Shown here: positions 1 to 9,094 of the stretch, piece by piece
Layout of the letters: each line of letters begins with the position of its first letter
How positions within the stretch are numbered: the first letter of the stretch is position 1
Assembly: GCA_019113145.1 (NCBI GenBank)
Contig: DXHZ01000093.1
Location: 14,670-78,669, forward strand
Origin: Candidatus Avanaerovorax faecigallinarum
Lineage (GTDB): Bacteria; Bacillota; Clostridia; Peptostreptococcales; Anaerovoracaceae
Reading direction: 5' to 3'
DNA length: 64,000 nucleotides
The notes under the pieces: generated by a model
Databases searched by the model: none
Told to the model about the DNA's origin: nothing
What the model saw: the letters and a program-made list of their open reading frames with translations, nothing else
Program-made: the position numbers and the translations under genes

Positions 1-50
1 ATGCGCTCAAAGTCCTGATCGGGCATAGTCTGCCTGTTCTTATCAGTCAT
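1..50 (-). CDS. 5' end of an ORF coupled to the sigma factor gene (possible anti-sigma factor), cut by window edge
   Basis: ATG at 50-48 on the minus strand overlaps the sigma-factor stop (45-43) by 8 nt. It reads MTDKNRQTMPDQDFER. Function is inferred from position only. Confidence 0.3.
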   Translation of the reverse strand, partial: MTDKNRQTMPDQDFER

Positions 51-588
51 CGCCGGTCACCTCCTTAAACTGCTTCTTCAGCTTTTGTTTCAGGCGGTAA
101 AGCCGCCCTTCAACGCTTCTTTCGGACATGCCCAGCTCAGCCGCAATCTGGGAGACGGGCTGCATGTAGTAATATCTTCTGTAGTAGAGAAGCTTTTCCC
201 CGGGCATAAGATTGTTAATGATTTTTTCAAGCCTTTCCTGCTGCTCCCGCCTGAGGACTTCCTCCTCCGGGGTAGGGTCTGCCGCCGGAGAGTTTTCCGT
301 GAGTTCTTCACGGTATTCGCTGCGCCTGAGCTTTGCCGCATGATTCAGGGCGGCATTCCTTGATACGGCTGTGAGCCAGCCTTTGAAGGAGCCGCAGGAG
401 GAATCGTAAAGGCGTATTTTGTCCCAGACTCGCATGACGATGTCGGAAAGGCACTCCTCCACGTCTTCGGGGCTTTTTAAAATCGGGGTGATGACGTACC
501 TTATCAGCGGTTCGTACCGATTTAAAAGCTCCGTCAGGCCCCGTTCATCCTTTGACAGAATCAGCCCGATTATTTCACTGTCCGGCAC
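43..588 (-). CDS. ECF-type sigma-70 family RNA polymerase sigma factor
   Basis: 181 aa. Region 2 (LIRYVITPIL...DIVMRVWDKI) and region 4 HTH (MQPVSQIAAELGMSERSVEGRLYRLKQKLKK) are typical of ECF sigma factors. Confidence 0.85.
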   Translation of the reverse strand: MPDSEIIGLILSKDERGLTELLNRYEPLIRYVITPILKSPEDVEECLSDIVMRVWDKIRLYDSSCGSFKGWLTAVSRNAALNHAAKLRRSEYREELTENSPAADPTPEEEVLRREQQERLEKIINNLMPGEKLLYYRRYYYMQPVSQIAAELGMSERSVEGRLYRLKQKLKKQFKEVTGDD

Positions 589-736
589 ATCTTTCGCCCC
601 CTTTCCCGAAAAAGTCTGTTTACTATATAATACACTAAGCCGACGGGAAAACCCACGGAAAAAACTTCATGGACACGGTATAGAGGTTTTGATATACTCT
701 AAGGACAGGCAATTACAGGAAAGACAGAGGTTGATT

Positions 737-2128
737 ATGGCTAAGAAAGGAAAAACGGTGTTCGTATGTCAGGAATGCGGGTACGAGAGTCCTAAATGGC
801 TGGGGCAGTGTATCTGCGGGGCATGGGGCTCTTTTGTAGAGGAAAAGGTAATCGAGCCTGATGATGCCGGCTCCGGGAGGCGCACAGTTGGAGCGGCGCC
901 GGGAGAGCGAATTAAAGCCACGCCTCTTAAAAAGGTGGGCTCGGCGGACTACAGCCGCATAAAGACGGGCATAGCGGAACTTGACAGGGTGCTTGGCGGA
1001 GGCCTCGTAAAGGGGTCGCTGGTACTCATCTCGGGAGAACCGGGCATAGGAAAATCCACTTTGATAATACAGGCCGCCGCTAATATCGCAAGGGACTGTG
1101 GCAGAGTTCTCTACGTTTCCGGTGAGGAATCGGGAGAGCAGATAAAGATGCGGGCCGACCGGGTATGCGGCGACTTCAGTGAAAGGCTCTTTGTGCTTTC
1201 GGAGACCAATATGGAAAACGTGGAGGCGGTGTGTGATGAAATCGATCCGGAATTCGTCATAATAGATTCCATCCAGACCATGTACACCCGGGAAATGGAT
1301 TCGGCGCCGGGCAGCGTGTCACAGGTCAGAGGCTGCGGCAACCTCCTCATGCGCCTCGGCAAAAAGTGCGGCATTCCGGTGTTCATAGTCGCCCACGTTA
1401 CCAAAAGCGGCGAACTGGCGGGACCGAAGATAGTGGAGCATCTGGTTGACTGCGTGCTCAGTTTTACCGGGGAAAGGGATAACGACCTCAGAATCCTCCG
1501 CGCATATAAGAACCGCTTTGGTACCACCAGCGAGATCGGCGCGTTCAGAATGGAGGAAGAGGGACTCATTGAAATTCCAAATCTTTCCGAGATATTCGTG
1601 GAAGGAACCTGCGGAAAGCCGGAGGGCTCCGTCGTAACTGCGGTCTACGAGGGCAGCAGGCCGGTAATGTTTGAAATACAGGCCTTGACAGCTTCGGCCA
1701 ACGTGGGATTTGCAAGGCGGACTGCGGTGGGCATCGACAGTCAGAGACTTTCCATGCTCCTTGCCGTTCTGGAAAAAAAGGCGGGAATACCCATGATGAA
1801 CAGCGACGTCTATGTGAACGTTGCGGGAGGCGTGCGTCCCGACGGAACGGCGGTGGACCTTGCAGTAGTTCTTGCCATATTTTCATCGTACCGCGGCATA
1901 GCTTCGGACCGCAGACTCATAGCCGTCGGAGAGGTGGGACTTACGGGCGGAATCCGTCCGGTATCCGGTGCGGACAAAATCGCCATCGAAGCAAAGAGGA
2001 TGGGCTACGAGGAGATGATTCTTCCTGCAAGGGATGCGGAAAAACTTAAAGGAGAAAAGCGCCTGACGGGCCTTAAGCTGACGGGGGTAAAAACCGTAAG
2101 CGACGCCATACGCGCATTTAAGGATTAG
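737..2128 (+). CDS. radA: DNA repair protein RadA
   Basis: Starts MAKKGKTVFVCQECGYESPKWLGQC (zinc finger). Walker A is GEPGIGKST, followed by a KNRFG motif and a Lon-like C-terminal domain. The ORF upstream of codon 737 is a non-coding extension. Confidence 0.95.
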   Translation: MAKKGKTVFVCQECGYESPKWLGQCICGAWGSFVEEKVIEPDDAGSGRRTVGAAPGERIKATPLKKVGSADYSRIKTGIAELDRVLGGGLVKGSLVLISGEPGIGKSTLIIQAAANIARDCGRVLYVSGEESGEQIKMRADRVCGDFSERLFVLSETNMENVEAVCDEIDPEFVIIDSIQTMYTREMDSAPGSVSQVRGCGNLLMRLGKKCGIPVFIVAHVTKSGELAGPKIVEHLVDCVLSFTGERDNDLRILRAYKNRFGTTSEIGAFRMEEEGLIEIPNLSEIFVEGTCGKPEGSVVTAVYEGSRPVMFEIQALTASANVGFARRTAVGIDSQRLSMLLAVLEKKAGIPMMNSDVYVNVAGGVRPDGTAVDLAVVLAIFSSYRGIASDRRLIAVGEVGLTGGIRPVSGADKIAIEAKRMGYEEMILPARDAEKLKGEKRLTGLKLTGVKTVSDAIRAFKD

Positions 2129-2132
2129 AAAA

Positions 2133-2633
2133 ATGACGGAAGAAAAAGATTGCAGAATAAGATTTGCCTGCAGGGAGGATCTTCCCCGAATTATGGACAT
2201 ATATGCATACGCACGGGATTTTATGACAAAAAACGGCAACCCGAATCAGTGGACAGGCGGCTGGCCGTGGCGGGAAGTTATAGAAGATGACATAGAAAAG
2301 AAACAGCTTTATGTCATTGAAGGCGAAGGCGGCCTCCACGGAGTATTTGCATTTATAATCGGCGAAGATGAGACGTATGAAGAGATTGACGGAGAGTGGA
2401 TCTCGGAAACCGAGTACGGAACAATTCACAGGATTGCAGGAGATGGGAAAATCCATGGCGTTCTGGCGAAAGCCCTGAAATTCTGCACGGAGGAAATGAG
2501 CCATATCAGAATAGATACTCACCACGACAATAAGATAATGCAGCATCTTCTGGGAAAATACGGGTTCACAAGATGTGGAATCATCAGATGCACTGAGGAC
2601 GGGACACCGAGGATTGCGTATGAAAGGATATAG
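2133..2633 (+). CDS. GNAT family N-acetyltransferase
   Basis: 166 aa with GNAT-like organisation (IRFACREDLPRIMDIY ... GVLAKALKFC ... HHDNKIMQHLLGKYGF). Confidence 0.75.
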   Translation: MTEEKDCRIRFACREDLPRIMDIYAYARDFMTKNGNPNQWTGGWPWREVIEDDIEKKQLYVIEGEGGLHGVFAFIIGEDETYEEIDGEWISETEYGTIHRIAGDGKIHGVLAKALKFCTEEMSHIRIDTHHDNKIMQHLLGKYGFTRCGIIRCTEDGTPRIAYERI

Positions 2634-2639
2634 TATATC

Positions 2640-2900
2640 AAGGGGATTTTGCCGGCCGGCTTTTCGCGATAGGTTTGACAAAAATCCGGTTTAGAATTAA
2701 ACAGGTCAAGGCGAAATTTGACATTCCGCCGGCAGCAAAGAAATAAGGTCAAGGAAATCGGCATTTAGCCTCAGGATATCCTTGACCTTTTCGCATATCA
2801 GTACTCATTTTGTAAAGAAACGCCTTGACCCGGCCGCGCCGTTTTGACGATTTTGTCAAAACCTGCTTCCAAGCCGGCCAAAACCCGCTGCCAAGCCAGC
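2640..2900. repeat. Intergenic hairpin-word array (words GTCAAGG/CCTTGAC and TTTGAC/GTCAAA)
   Basis: Perfect 9-bp inverted repeat AGGTCAAGG (2746-2754) / CCTTGACCT (2780-2788). Perfect 8-bp GTTTTGAC / GTCAAAAC hairpin at 2841-2862. The same words recur about 7 times, flanked by A/T runs. It lies between convergent genes. Confidence 0.6.
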
Positions 2901-2934
2901 TTAAACCCCACTTCCAGACCGGGACCGACCGGAT

Positions 2935-3315
2935 TCAGTCTGTATTCTTCATGCCGGTCATGGCATGCCTTTTTATCGCTTCAAAGCTTTCCGCGCTGAT
3001 TACGTGCTCCATTCTGCACGCGTCCTCCAGGGCGGTCTTTTCGTCGACTCCCAGGAACATGAGCCACTGGGAGATGAGCTGGTGACGCTCGAAAATCATT
3101 TCGGCTATTTCTCTGCCGGAGTCGGTAAGGTAGATGTAGCCCTCCTTCGTGACGGTGATGTGACCGCTTTCTCTCAGCTTCTTCATGGCGACGCTGACGC
3201 TGGACTTCTTAAAGCCCAGTTCCTCGGCCACGTCCACGGAGCGGACCACCGGCTTGATTTTACTGAGAACCAGTATGGTTTCCAGATAGTTTTCCATAGA
3301 TTCAGTGTTATGCAT
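2935..3315 (-). CDS. DtxR/MntR family metal-dependent transcriptional regulator
   Basis: 126 aa. Reads MENYLETILVL ... VRSVDVAEELGFKKSSVSVAMKKLRESGHI, a winged HTH followed by the DtxR dimerisation helix region. Confidence 0.8.
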   Translation of the reverse strand: MHNTESMENYLETILVLSKIKPVVRSVDVAEELGFKKSSVSVAMKKLRESGHITVTKEGYIYLTDSGREIAEMIFERHQLISQWLMFLGVDEKTALEDACRMEHVISAESFEAIKRHAMTGMKNTD

Positions 3316-3454
3316 AGATTACCGCCTCCCACAAATATAGAAATATATTATCACAAAACCTGTCAGACTTCAATGTTATTGCGCTGATAGTATTTGCCGA
3401 ACTGAAGGAAATATAGTATAATAAAACGAAATGTATCTACAAGGAGATAACCCA

Positions 3455-3967
3455 ATGAACGCAGTTGGAAGTATAGGAGAATTCATAATAACATATCAGT
3501 ACGAGATAGAAATCGGGCTTCTGATTCTTCTCGGGCTGATTATTCTGTTTGCGATAATCAGAGCCTTTGCCAGAGCGGTAAAGAGAAAGACGGTTCTGGA
3601 GGAAATCAGCGAGAAGGTCAATGACATAAGTGAAGCTCTGACAGCTATTGCAGATGAATCGGCCGGTGGCGAGAAAGCGGAAAAAGCGGAGAAAGCCGAG
3701 AAAGCCGAGAAAGCCGAAGCTTCTGCAGTGACGGAAAAAGCGGACACGGGGAATGTGCAGGCCGCAGGCGGTAATGAAGAGAAAGATGAGATACCGGAGG
3801 CCCGGGAGATAAAAGCTGCCGGTCCGGAGCCGGAGGTTTGCGAAACAATCGAGGAGCCTGCCGGTGACGCAGGATTTGTGCCTAAGAAGTATTTTTCCAG
3901 AGACTGTTCCACAGATAAAAACGGCAACCATTACACCCTTGAAGAACTGGAAAATCAGATAAGATAA
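3455..3967 (+). CDS. Membrane-anchored hypothetical protein with (AEK)n repeat
   Basis: AGGAG lies 8 nt upstream of the ATG at 3455. It has one N-terminal TM helix (IGLLILLGLIILFAIIRAF) and an acidic tail. No recognisable family. Confidence 0.55.
   Translation: MNAVGSIGEFIITYQYEIEIGLLILLGLIILFAIIRAFARAVKRKTVLEEISEKVNDISEALTAIADESAGGEKAEKAEKAEKAEKAEASAVTEKADTGNVQAAGGNEEKDEIPEAREIKAAGPEPEVCETIEEPAGDAGFVPKKYFSRDCSTDKNGNHYTLEELENQIR
3671..3720 (+). repeat. 9-bp in-frame tandem repeat (GAGAAAGCS)n encoding EKAEKAEKAEKAEKAE
   Basis: About 5.5 consecutive 9-bp units are read directly in the sequence. Confidence 0.8.
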
Positions 3968-3991
3968 AAAATAATCATCCGGGAGGAAAGT

Positions 3992-6100
3992 ATGTATTGC
4001 AAAAAATGCGGTAAAAAACTTGAAGACGGGGACAGATTCTGCAGCAACTGCGGCGCCCCTGTACCGGTGCAGACGCCGGTTCCTGACTTTATGGGATCAT
4101 TTGACGTCGGCAGAAAAGAAGAAAGAGAATCTCAGAGAAAACCATTTCATATGGACGAGATGAAGTGGGATCTTGACGGATTCCCTGCTGAAGAGTCGCC
4201 TGCGACGGATGACATCGACTTCAACTGGTCATCTGTTCTGGAAGAACGAGACAATCACATATACAGAGGATATGAAGAAAAACCGTCTCCGAAAGAGGAT
4301 TACGGGATTTTTGACAAGCCGGAAGAGCCGGCTGAGGATAAAGGGGGCTCCTTTGACTGGAATCTTGGGGCCACTATGAGGATAGAGCGGCCTTCCGATG
4401 TTGTCAGACGGGAACGGGAAGAAGCCCTGAAAGCAGAAGAAAAACCGGAAAAGGCGGAAGAAGTTAAGGATGAGACTTCAGCTGAAGCGGTTTCAGAACC
4501 GGAGATAAAAGACGCACAGGAAGAGGACACCGTGCCTGAGATTGAGGAACTGGTGAGCGAGCAGGCATCGGACAGCAGTCATAAAATCGATAAATTCTAC
4601 ACGTTTAATAAAAAGAACGAAGAGTTTCAGGCGCTGCTGGATCAGGAGTATGAGAGACTCAGACAGAGAATACGCGAGGAGTCCGAAGCCGAGGCTTCGT
4701 TCCAGGAAAAATACGACAGACTCCAGAAAGCAAGAGACGACTGGAACAGGCAGGAAATAAAGAACGCTGTTGCCGAAGAAAAGAGAGCGGCCGGAGCAGG
4801 AGCTGCTGCGGGAGCTGCAGTAGGCGGGGTTATGGCCGCTGTGGACAGGCTGAAAAACAGATCGAGCAAGGCAGATGACGAGGTAGACGGTCTGGACGAT
4901 TATGTGATATCAGACCTTTTCGAAGACAAGGCGGAGACAAAGGCAGAAGAGGAACCGGAAAAAACCGCAGAAGCAGAAGGTGAAAAATCTGCGGAAAGCC
5001 CGGAACCTGAAGAGGATACAGCCGCAGAAGCGGAGACTGAAAAGGCCGATGCAGGCGTACAGGAAGCTGCAGAAGCCGGAGATAAGTCTGATGAGGAAGA
5101 ACCTGAAGCGGATATCGAGTCTGCGGAAGCAGATACGGATAATGCAGAGGGCGAGACAGAGAAAGAAGAGAAAGAAGAGACCGCTGAGGCACATGCTGAG
5201 CCGGAAGAAAGCGTCGGGACTGAAGAGGATAAAGAAGAAAAATCTGAAGACAAGGTTTCCGAAAAAGAAACCGGGACCTGTCCCCCCAGCGATGAAAAGA
5301 AAGAAAAAGGGGACGAGACCGGCGCAGAGGAAAAAGACGACGGAGATAAAGAAGCAGATAAATCCAAAGTGGCTGATACTGCTATCTTTGATGATGGCGA
5401 TGAATTTGACGAAGAAGATGCTCATAAGCACAAAAAAGGCAAAGCACTGAACGTAATCATAGCCATACTTGCCATAATCGTAGTTGTTAATCTTGCAATG
5501 GTGGGAATACTCATGTTTGCAAAGGACAGCACTGCTGCAAAATACATAAACGACGGATATGCCAGAGTAATAGGATTTTTTACGGGTGATAAAGAGGAAC
5601 CTGCGGACGATAATGAACCGGCTCCTGATGAGCCGGCGCTTACCGGAACGGCAGCCCTCATAGAGGCTGAAAAGGATATGGCTCCGAGCATTGGAAAGGT
5701 TGAAGCCTCAGCGGATTTGCTGATTCCTTCCGGAATGGAAGATAAACTTTCAGGTCTTGACGGATCCGAGACCTTTGTGGATATGGCGTGGTATACCGAT
5801 GACGATGGCGAGACGGTCAACTACGGCAATGCTGTCGTAGGTCAGGTTATGTCGTATTACTCCGGACAGGTTGATTCTAAAAATGAAGAATCCGGCGGAG
5901 AGTCCGTTACATACGGCATAAACACCCTGAGAATAGGTGAAATAAGGCAGAACGGAGTGGACTTCTACGTTATGGTTGAAACCGAGGAGGTCACCAGCGA
6001 CAGCAGTGACGTGAAAAAGGGAGAATACGTGGTTCACCTGGTTGCCGAGGATAAGAAAGTGACAGTAAGCGAAGTTGTAGACGTACTGGAGGAAAACTGA
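3992..6100 (+). CDS. Zinc-ribbon domain protein with long acidic low-complexity region, one TM helix and a C-terminal extracytoplasmic domain
   Basis: The N-terminus MYCKKCGKKLEDGDRFCSNCGAP has CxxC...CxxC. About 400 aa are rich in E/D/K. The TM helix is ALNVIIAILAIIVVVNLAMVGILMF. Confidence 0.7.
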   Translation: MYCKKCGKKLEDGDRFCSNCGAPVPVQTPVPDFMGSFDVGRKEERESQRKPFHMDEMKWDLDGFPAEESPATDDIDFNWSSVLEERDNHIYRGYEEKPSPKEDYGIFDKPEEPAEDKGGSFDWNLGATMRIERPSDVVRREREEALKAEEKPEKAEEVKDETSAEAVSEPEIKDAQEEDTVPEIEELVSEQASDSSHKIDKFYTFNKKNEEFQALLDQEYERLRQRIREESEAEASFQEKYDRLQKARDDWNRQEIKNAVAEEKRAAGAGAAAGAAVGGVMAAVDRLKNRSSKADDEVDGLDDYVISDLFEDKAETKAEEEPEKTAEAEGEKSAESPEPEEDTAAEAETEKADAGVQEAAEAGDKSDEEEPEADIESAEADTDNAEGETEKEEKEETAEAHAEPEESVGTEEDKEEKSEDKVSEKETGTCPPSDEKKEKGDETGAEEKDDGDKEADKSKVADTAIFDDGDEFDEEDAHKHKKGKALNVIIAILAIIVVVNLAMVGILMFAKDSTAAKYINDGYARVIGFFTGDKEEPADDNEPAPDEPALTGTAALIEAEKDMAPSIGKVEASADLLIPSGMEDKLSGLDGSETFVDMAWYTDDDGETVNYGNAVVGQVMSYYSGQVDSKNEESGGESVTYGINTLRIGEIRQNGVDFYVMVETEEVTSDSSDVKKGEYVVHLVAEDKKVTVSEVVDVLEEN

Positions 6101-6101
6101 T

Positions 6102-9002
6102 TTGTTTAATAAAAACCGGGAAAAGAAATCAAAGAAGACGAGAAATCCGTCTAAAGCCAGCAGGAATCTGACCATAGTATTTCTTGTACTGGTAATAGTT
6201 GCGGGACTTTTAGTGTCCCTTACCAACTTTATAACCGACTGGATGTGGTTCAGTGAAATGGGCTACGTCAGCGTGTTCTTTACACAGCTGTTCACTCAGC
6301 TCAAGTTCGGAATTCCGCTGTTCATAATAGTGACGGTACTTCTGAACATATACCTGAGACATCTGAAGAAGGGCTACTTCGAAAAAATAGTATCCAGCGA
6401 GAACACCAACATGAAGAGGCTGAACCTGATAACCAACATCATCTCGATTCTGTTTGGCCTCATCGTTGCGTTTTACTGCGTCAGCGGACTGTGGTTCCAG
6501 ATACTTCAGTTCACCAATTCGACAGATTTCAATCTGGATGACCCGCTGTTCGGCTACGACATTTCGTTCTACATCTTTAAATTCGACTTCCTTAAGCAGT
6601 GCAACGATATGCTCATAGGAATAATCGTGCTGTTCCTGGTGGTGACCTTCGTGTATTATCTCATACTTCTCACCATGCACAGCCCTGATATATATGAAGA
6701 GGATGAGGCGAGGCCTTTTGAGGAGGAGCCTGAGTTCAACAATCCTTTCGGCGATGACAACGCTTTCGGAAAGGTGTTCGGGGCTTTCGGCGCAAAGGCT
6801 GCAAAACAGGCGTCAAAGCCGAGAAACGTTTCCGACACCAACGTGAAGCAGCTTCTTTCCATTGCAAGCGGAAAGCTTTCGGTTCTGGGAGTGATATTCT
6901 TCATAATGCTGGGAATACACTTCTATCTGAGACAGTTCGACCTTCTTCACTCCCATACGGGTTCTGTCTACGGCGCAGGATATACTGACGTTACCGTAAC
7001 TCTCTGGGTTTACAGAGCTCTGGTGGTTCTTGCCGTTTTGGGAGCGGTGGCTACGGTAGTGTTCATAAAGAAAAAGGACCTGAAGAAGATACTCATCGTT
7101 CCGGCCGTTATGATTGCGGTGGGAGCCGTAGGCATAGGCGCGGAACTTCTGGTTCAGAACTACATCGTATCTCCTAACGAGATTGCAAAGGAGACCGAAT
7201 ACCTTCAGAGAAACATAGAATACACCCAGCACGCCTATGACCTTGACGACGTGGAGGTTCAGGAGTTTGCCGCCAACAATACTCTGACTACGGAGGATAT
7301 AAACAACAACCAGGATACCATCAGCAACATAAGAATCAACGACTACGATCCGGTTAAGACCTTCTATAACCAGACTCAGAGTATAAGGCAGTACTACACC
7401 TTCAACGACATCGATGTGGACAGATATAACATTAACGGGGACTACACCCAGACGTACCTTTCCGTCCGTGAAATCGATGAAAGTAGAATAAGCGATACGT
7501 GGCTGAACAGGCACCTTAAATACACTCACGGATACGGCCTCACCCTTTCCAGAGTGGATACCATTACTGCCAGCGGTCAGCCTGACGTTCTCATTAAGAA
7601 CATTCCTACCGAATCATCGGTGGAGGAGATAGAGATAACGAGACCTGAGATCTACTTCGGCGAGCTTTCTAACGATTACGTAATCGTCGGAACCGACGAG
7701 GAAGAGTTTGACTACCCTGACGGCAACTCAAACAAGTACACCAGATACGAGGGAGATGCGGGAATAAAGCTGAACTTCTTCAACCGCCTGCTGTTCTCCA
7801 TAAGAGAAGGCAGCATGAAGCTTCTGGTTTCGTCCAACATAGACAGCGATTCCAGGATAATAATCAACAGAAACGTCGTCGATCGCGTAAACAAGATAAT
7901 GCCGTATCTCAATTACGAGGGGGACCCGTATGCCGTAACCGTTGACGGCAGGATATACTGGATGCTGGATGCCTATACGGCAAGCTCCTACTACCCTTAC
8001 TCGGAGCCGTACGACGGCACTGCGGGCGGCATCAATTACATCAGAAATTCCGTAAAGGTAGTAGTGGACGCGTATAACGGCGATGTGGACTTCTACATTG
8101 TAGACGAGGACGATCCTATAGCGCAGACGTATCAGAAGATTTATCCGAAGCTCTTTAAAGACTTTGACGAAATGCCTGAAGGACTTCAGAGCCACATAAG
8201 ATACCCGGATACCATGTTCGGAATCCAAGCCGACATATATGGACGTTACCACATGAACGACGTGAACCTGTTCTACCAGGACGAGGACCGCTGGGCCATA
8301 GCTCACGAGATTTACGGCAAAGACGAGCAGGAGATGATTCCTAACTATTATATCGCAAGACTGCCGGGTGAAAGCCAGCCTGAGTTTATAAGCATTCTGC
8401 CGTATACCGTTAAGTCCAAGCAGAACATGACGGCTCTCATCGTCGCCAGAAACGACGGGGACGCATACGGAAAGCTTGTGGTCTACCAGATGCCGAAGAA
8501 CAAGAACGTATACGGACCTATGCAGATAGAGGCACAGATAGACCAGAATACGGAGATTTCACAGGACTTCTCCCTCTGGAGCCAGGCAGGATCCAAGTAC
8601 AGCCGCGGGAACCTCTTCGTAATTCCTATCGAGGATTCGCTTCTGTACGTAGAGCCTGTATATCTGGAGTCATCCAATTCGGCAATTCCTGAGGTTAAGA
8701 GAATCATCGTAGCCTACGGAGACAAGATTGCCTATGAGCCGACTTTGGAGGAGGCCCTCGTAAGCCTGTTCGGTGAGGACGTAGACGTAGGCCAGGGCGA
8801 GAGCCAGCCGCCTGCGGAAAGCGAAGAGCCTTCGGGAGAGGGTGAAACGACGGATACGCCTTCCATGAGCGTGGAGGATTACATCAGAGCCGCATCCGAT
8901 GCGTATAACAACGCTCAGGACGCGCTTGCCGACGGCGACTGGGCCAAGTACGGACAGTACATGGACGAACTTGAAGCCAGTCTGAACGCTTTGACAGAAT
9001 AA
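6102..9002 (+). CDS. UPF0182 family membrane protein
   Basis: 966 aa. The N-terminal third has multiple TM helices and the rest is a large soluble region. Size, architecture and the DWMWFSEMGY-type N-terminus match my memory of UPF0182. TTG start lies 1 nt after the upstream stop. Confidence 0.8.
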   Translation: MFNKNREKKSKKTRNPSKASRNLTIVFLVLVIVAGLLVSLTNFITDWMWFSEMGYVSVFFTQLFTQLKFGIPLFIIVTVLLNIYLRHLKKGYFEKIVSSENTNMKRLNLITNIISILFGLIVAFYCVSGLWFQILQFTNSTDFNLDDPLFGYDISFYIFKFDFLKQCNDMLIGIIVLFLVVTFVYYLILLTMHSPDIYEEDEARPFEEEPEFNNPFGDDNAFGKVFGAFGAKAAKQASKPRNVSDTNVKQLLSIASGKLSVLGVIFFIMLGIHFYLRQFDLLHSHTGSVYGAGYTDVTVTLWVYRALVVLAVLGAVATVVFIKKKDLKKILIVPAVMIAVGAVGIGAELLVQNYIVSPNEIAKETEYLQRNIEYTQHAYDLDDVEVQEFAANNTLTTEDINNNQDTISNIRINDYDPVKTFYNQTQSIRQYYTFNDIDVDRYNINGDYTQTYLSVREIDESRISDTWLNRHLKYTHGYGLTLSRVDTITASGQPDVLIKNIPTESSVEEIEITRPEIYFGELSNDYVIVGTDEEEFDYPDGNSNKYTRYEGDAGIKLNFFNRLLFSIREGSMKLLVSSNIDSDSRIIINRNVVDRVNKIMPYLNYEGDPYAVTVDGRIYWMLDAYTASSYYPYSEPYDGTAGGINYIRNSVKVVVDAYNGDVDFYIVDEDDPIAQTYQKIYPKLFKDFDEMPEGLQSHIRYPDTMFGIQADIYGRYHMNDVNLFYQDEDRWAIAHEIYGKDEQEMIPNYYIARLPGESQPEFISILPYTVKSKQNMTALIVARNDGDAYGKLVVYQMPKNKNVYGPMQIEAQIDQNTEISQDFSLWSQAGSKYSRGNLFVIPIEDSLLYVEPVYLESSNSAIPEVKRIIVAYGDKIAYEPTLEEALVSLFGEDVDVGQGESQPPAESEEPSGEGETTDTPSMSVEDYIRAASDAYNNAQDALADGDWAKYGQYMDELEASLNALTE

Positions 9003-9094
9003 GTTTAATACTATAGCCGGCAGCAGGGTTTCGACTTTGAAATCCGGCGCCGGCTATGAGTCGTATATAGTGAAGTGAAGAAAGAGAGAAGGAA

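Noticed and set aside
419-736. N-terminal 106-codon extension of the radA ORF
   Set aside because: The conserved RadA zinc-finger start MAKKGKTVFVCQECG lies at 737. The extension overlaps the divergent sigma-factor gene and promoter region.
4830-5450. Multiple ORFs in several frames on both strands across the acidic region of the zinc-ribbon protein
   Set aside because: They are artefacts of GAA/GAG/AAA-rich low-complexity coding sequence, which lacks stops in most frames.
9013-9057. Terminator after the UPF0182 gene
   Set aside because: A 9-bp inverted repeat (ATAGCCGGC/GCCGGCTAT) exists, but it has a 27-nt loop and no T-run. I left it uncalled.
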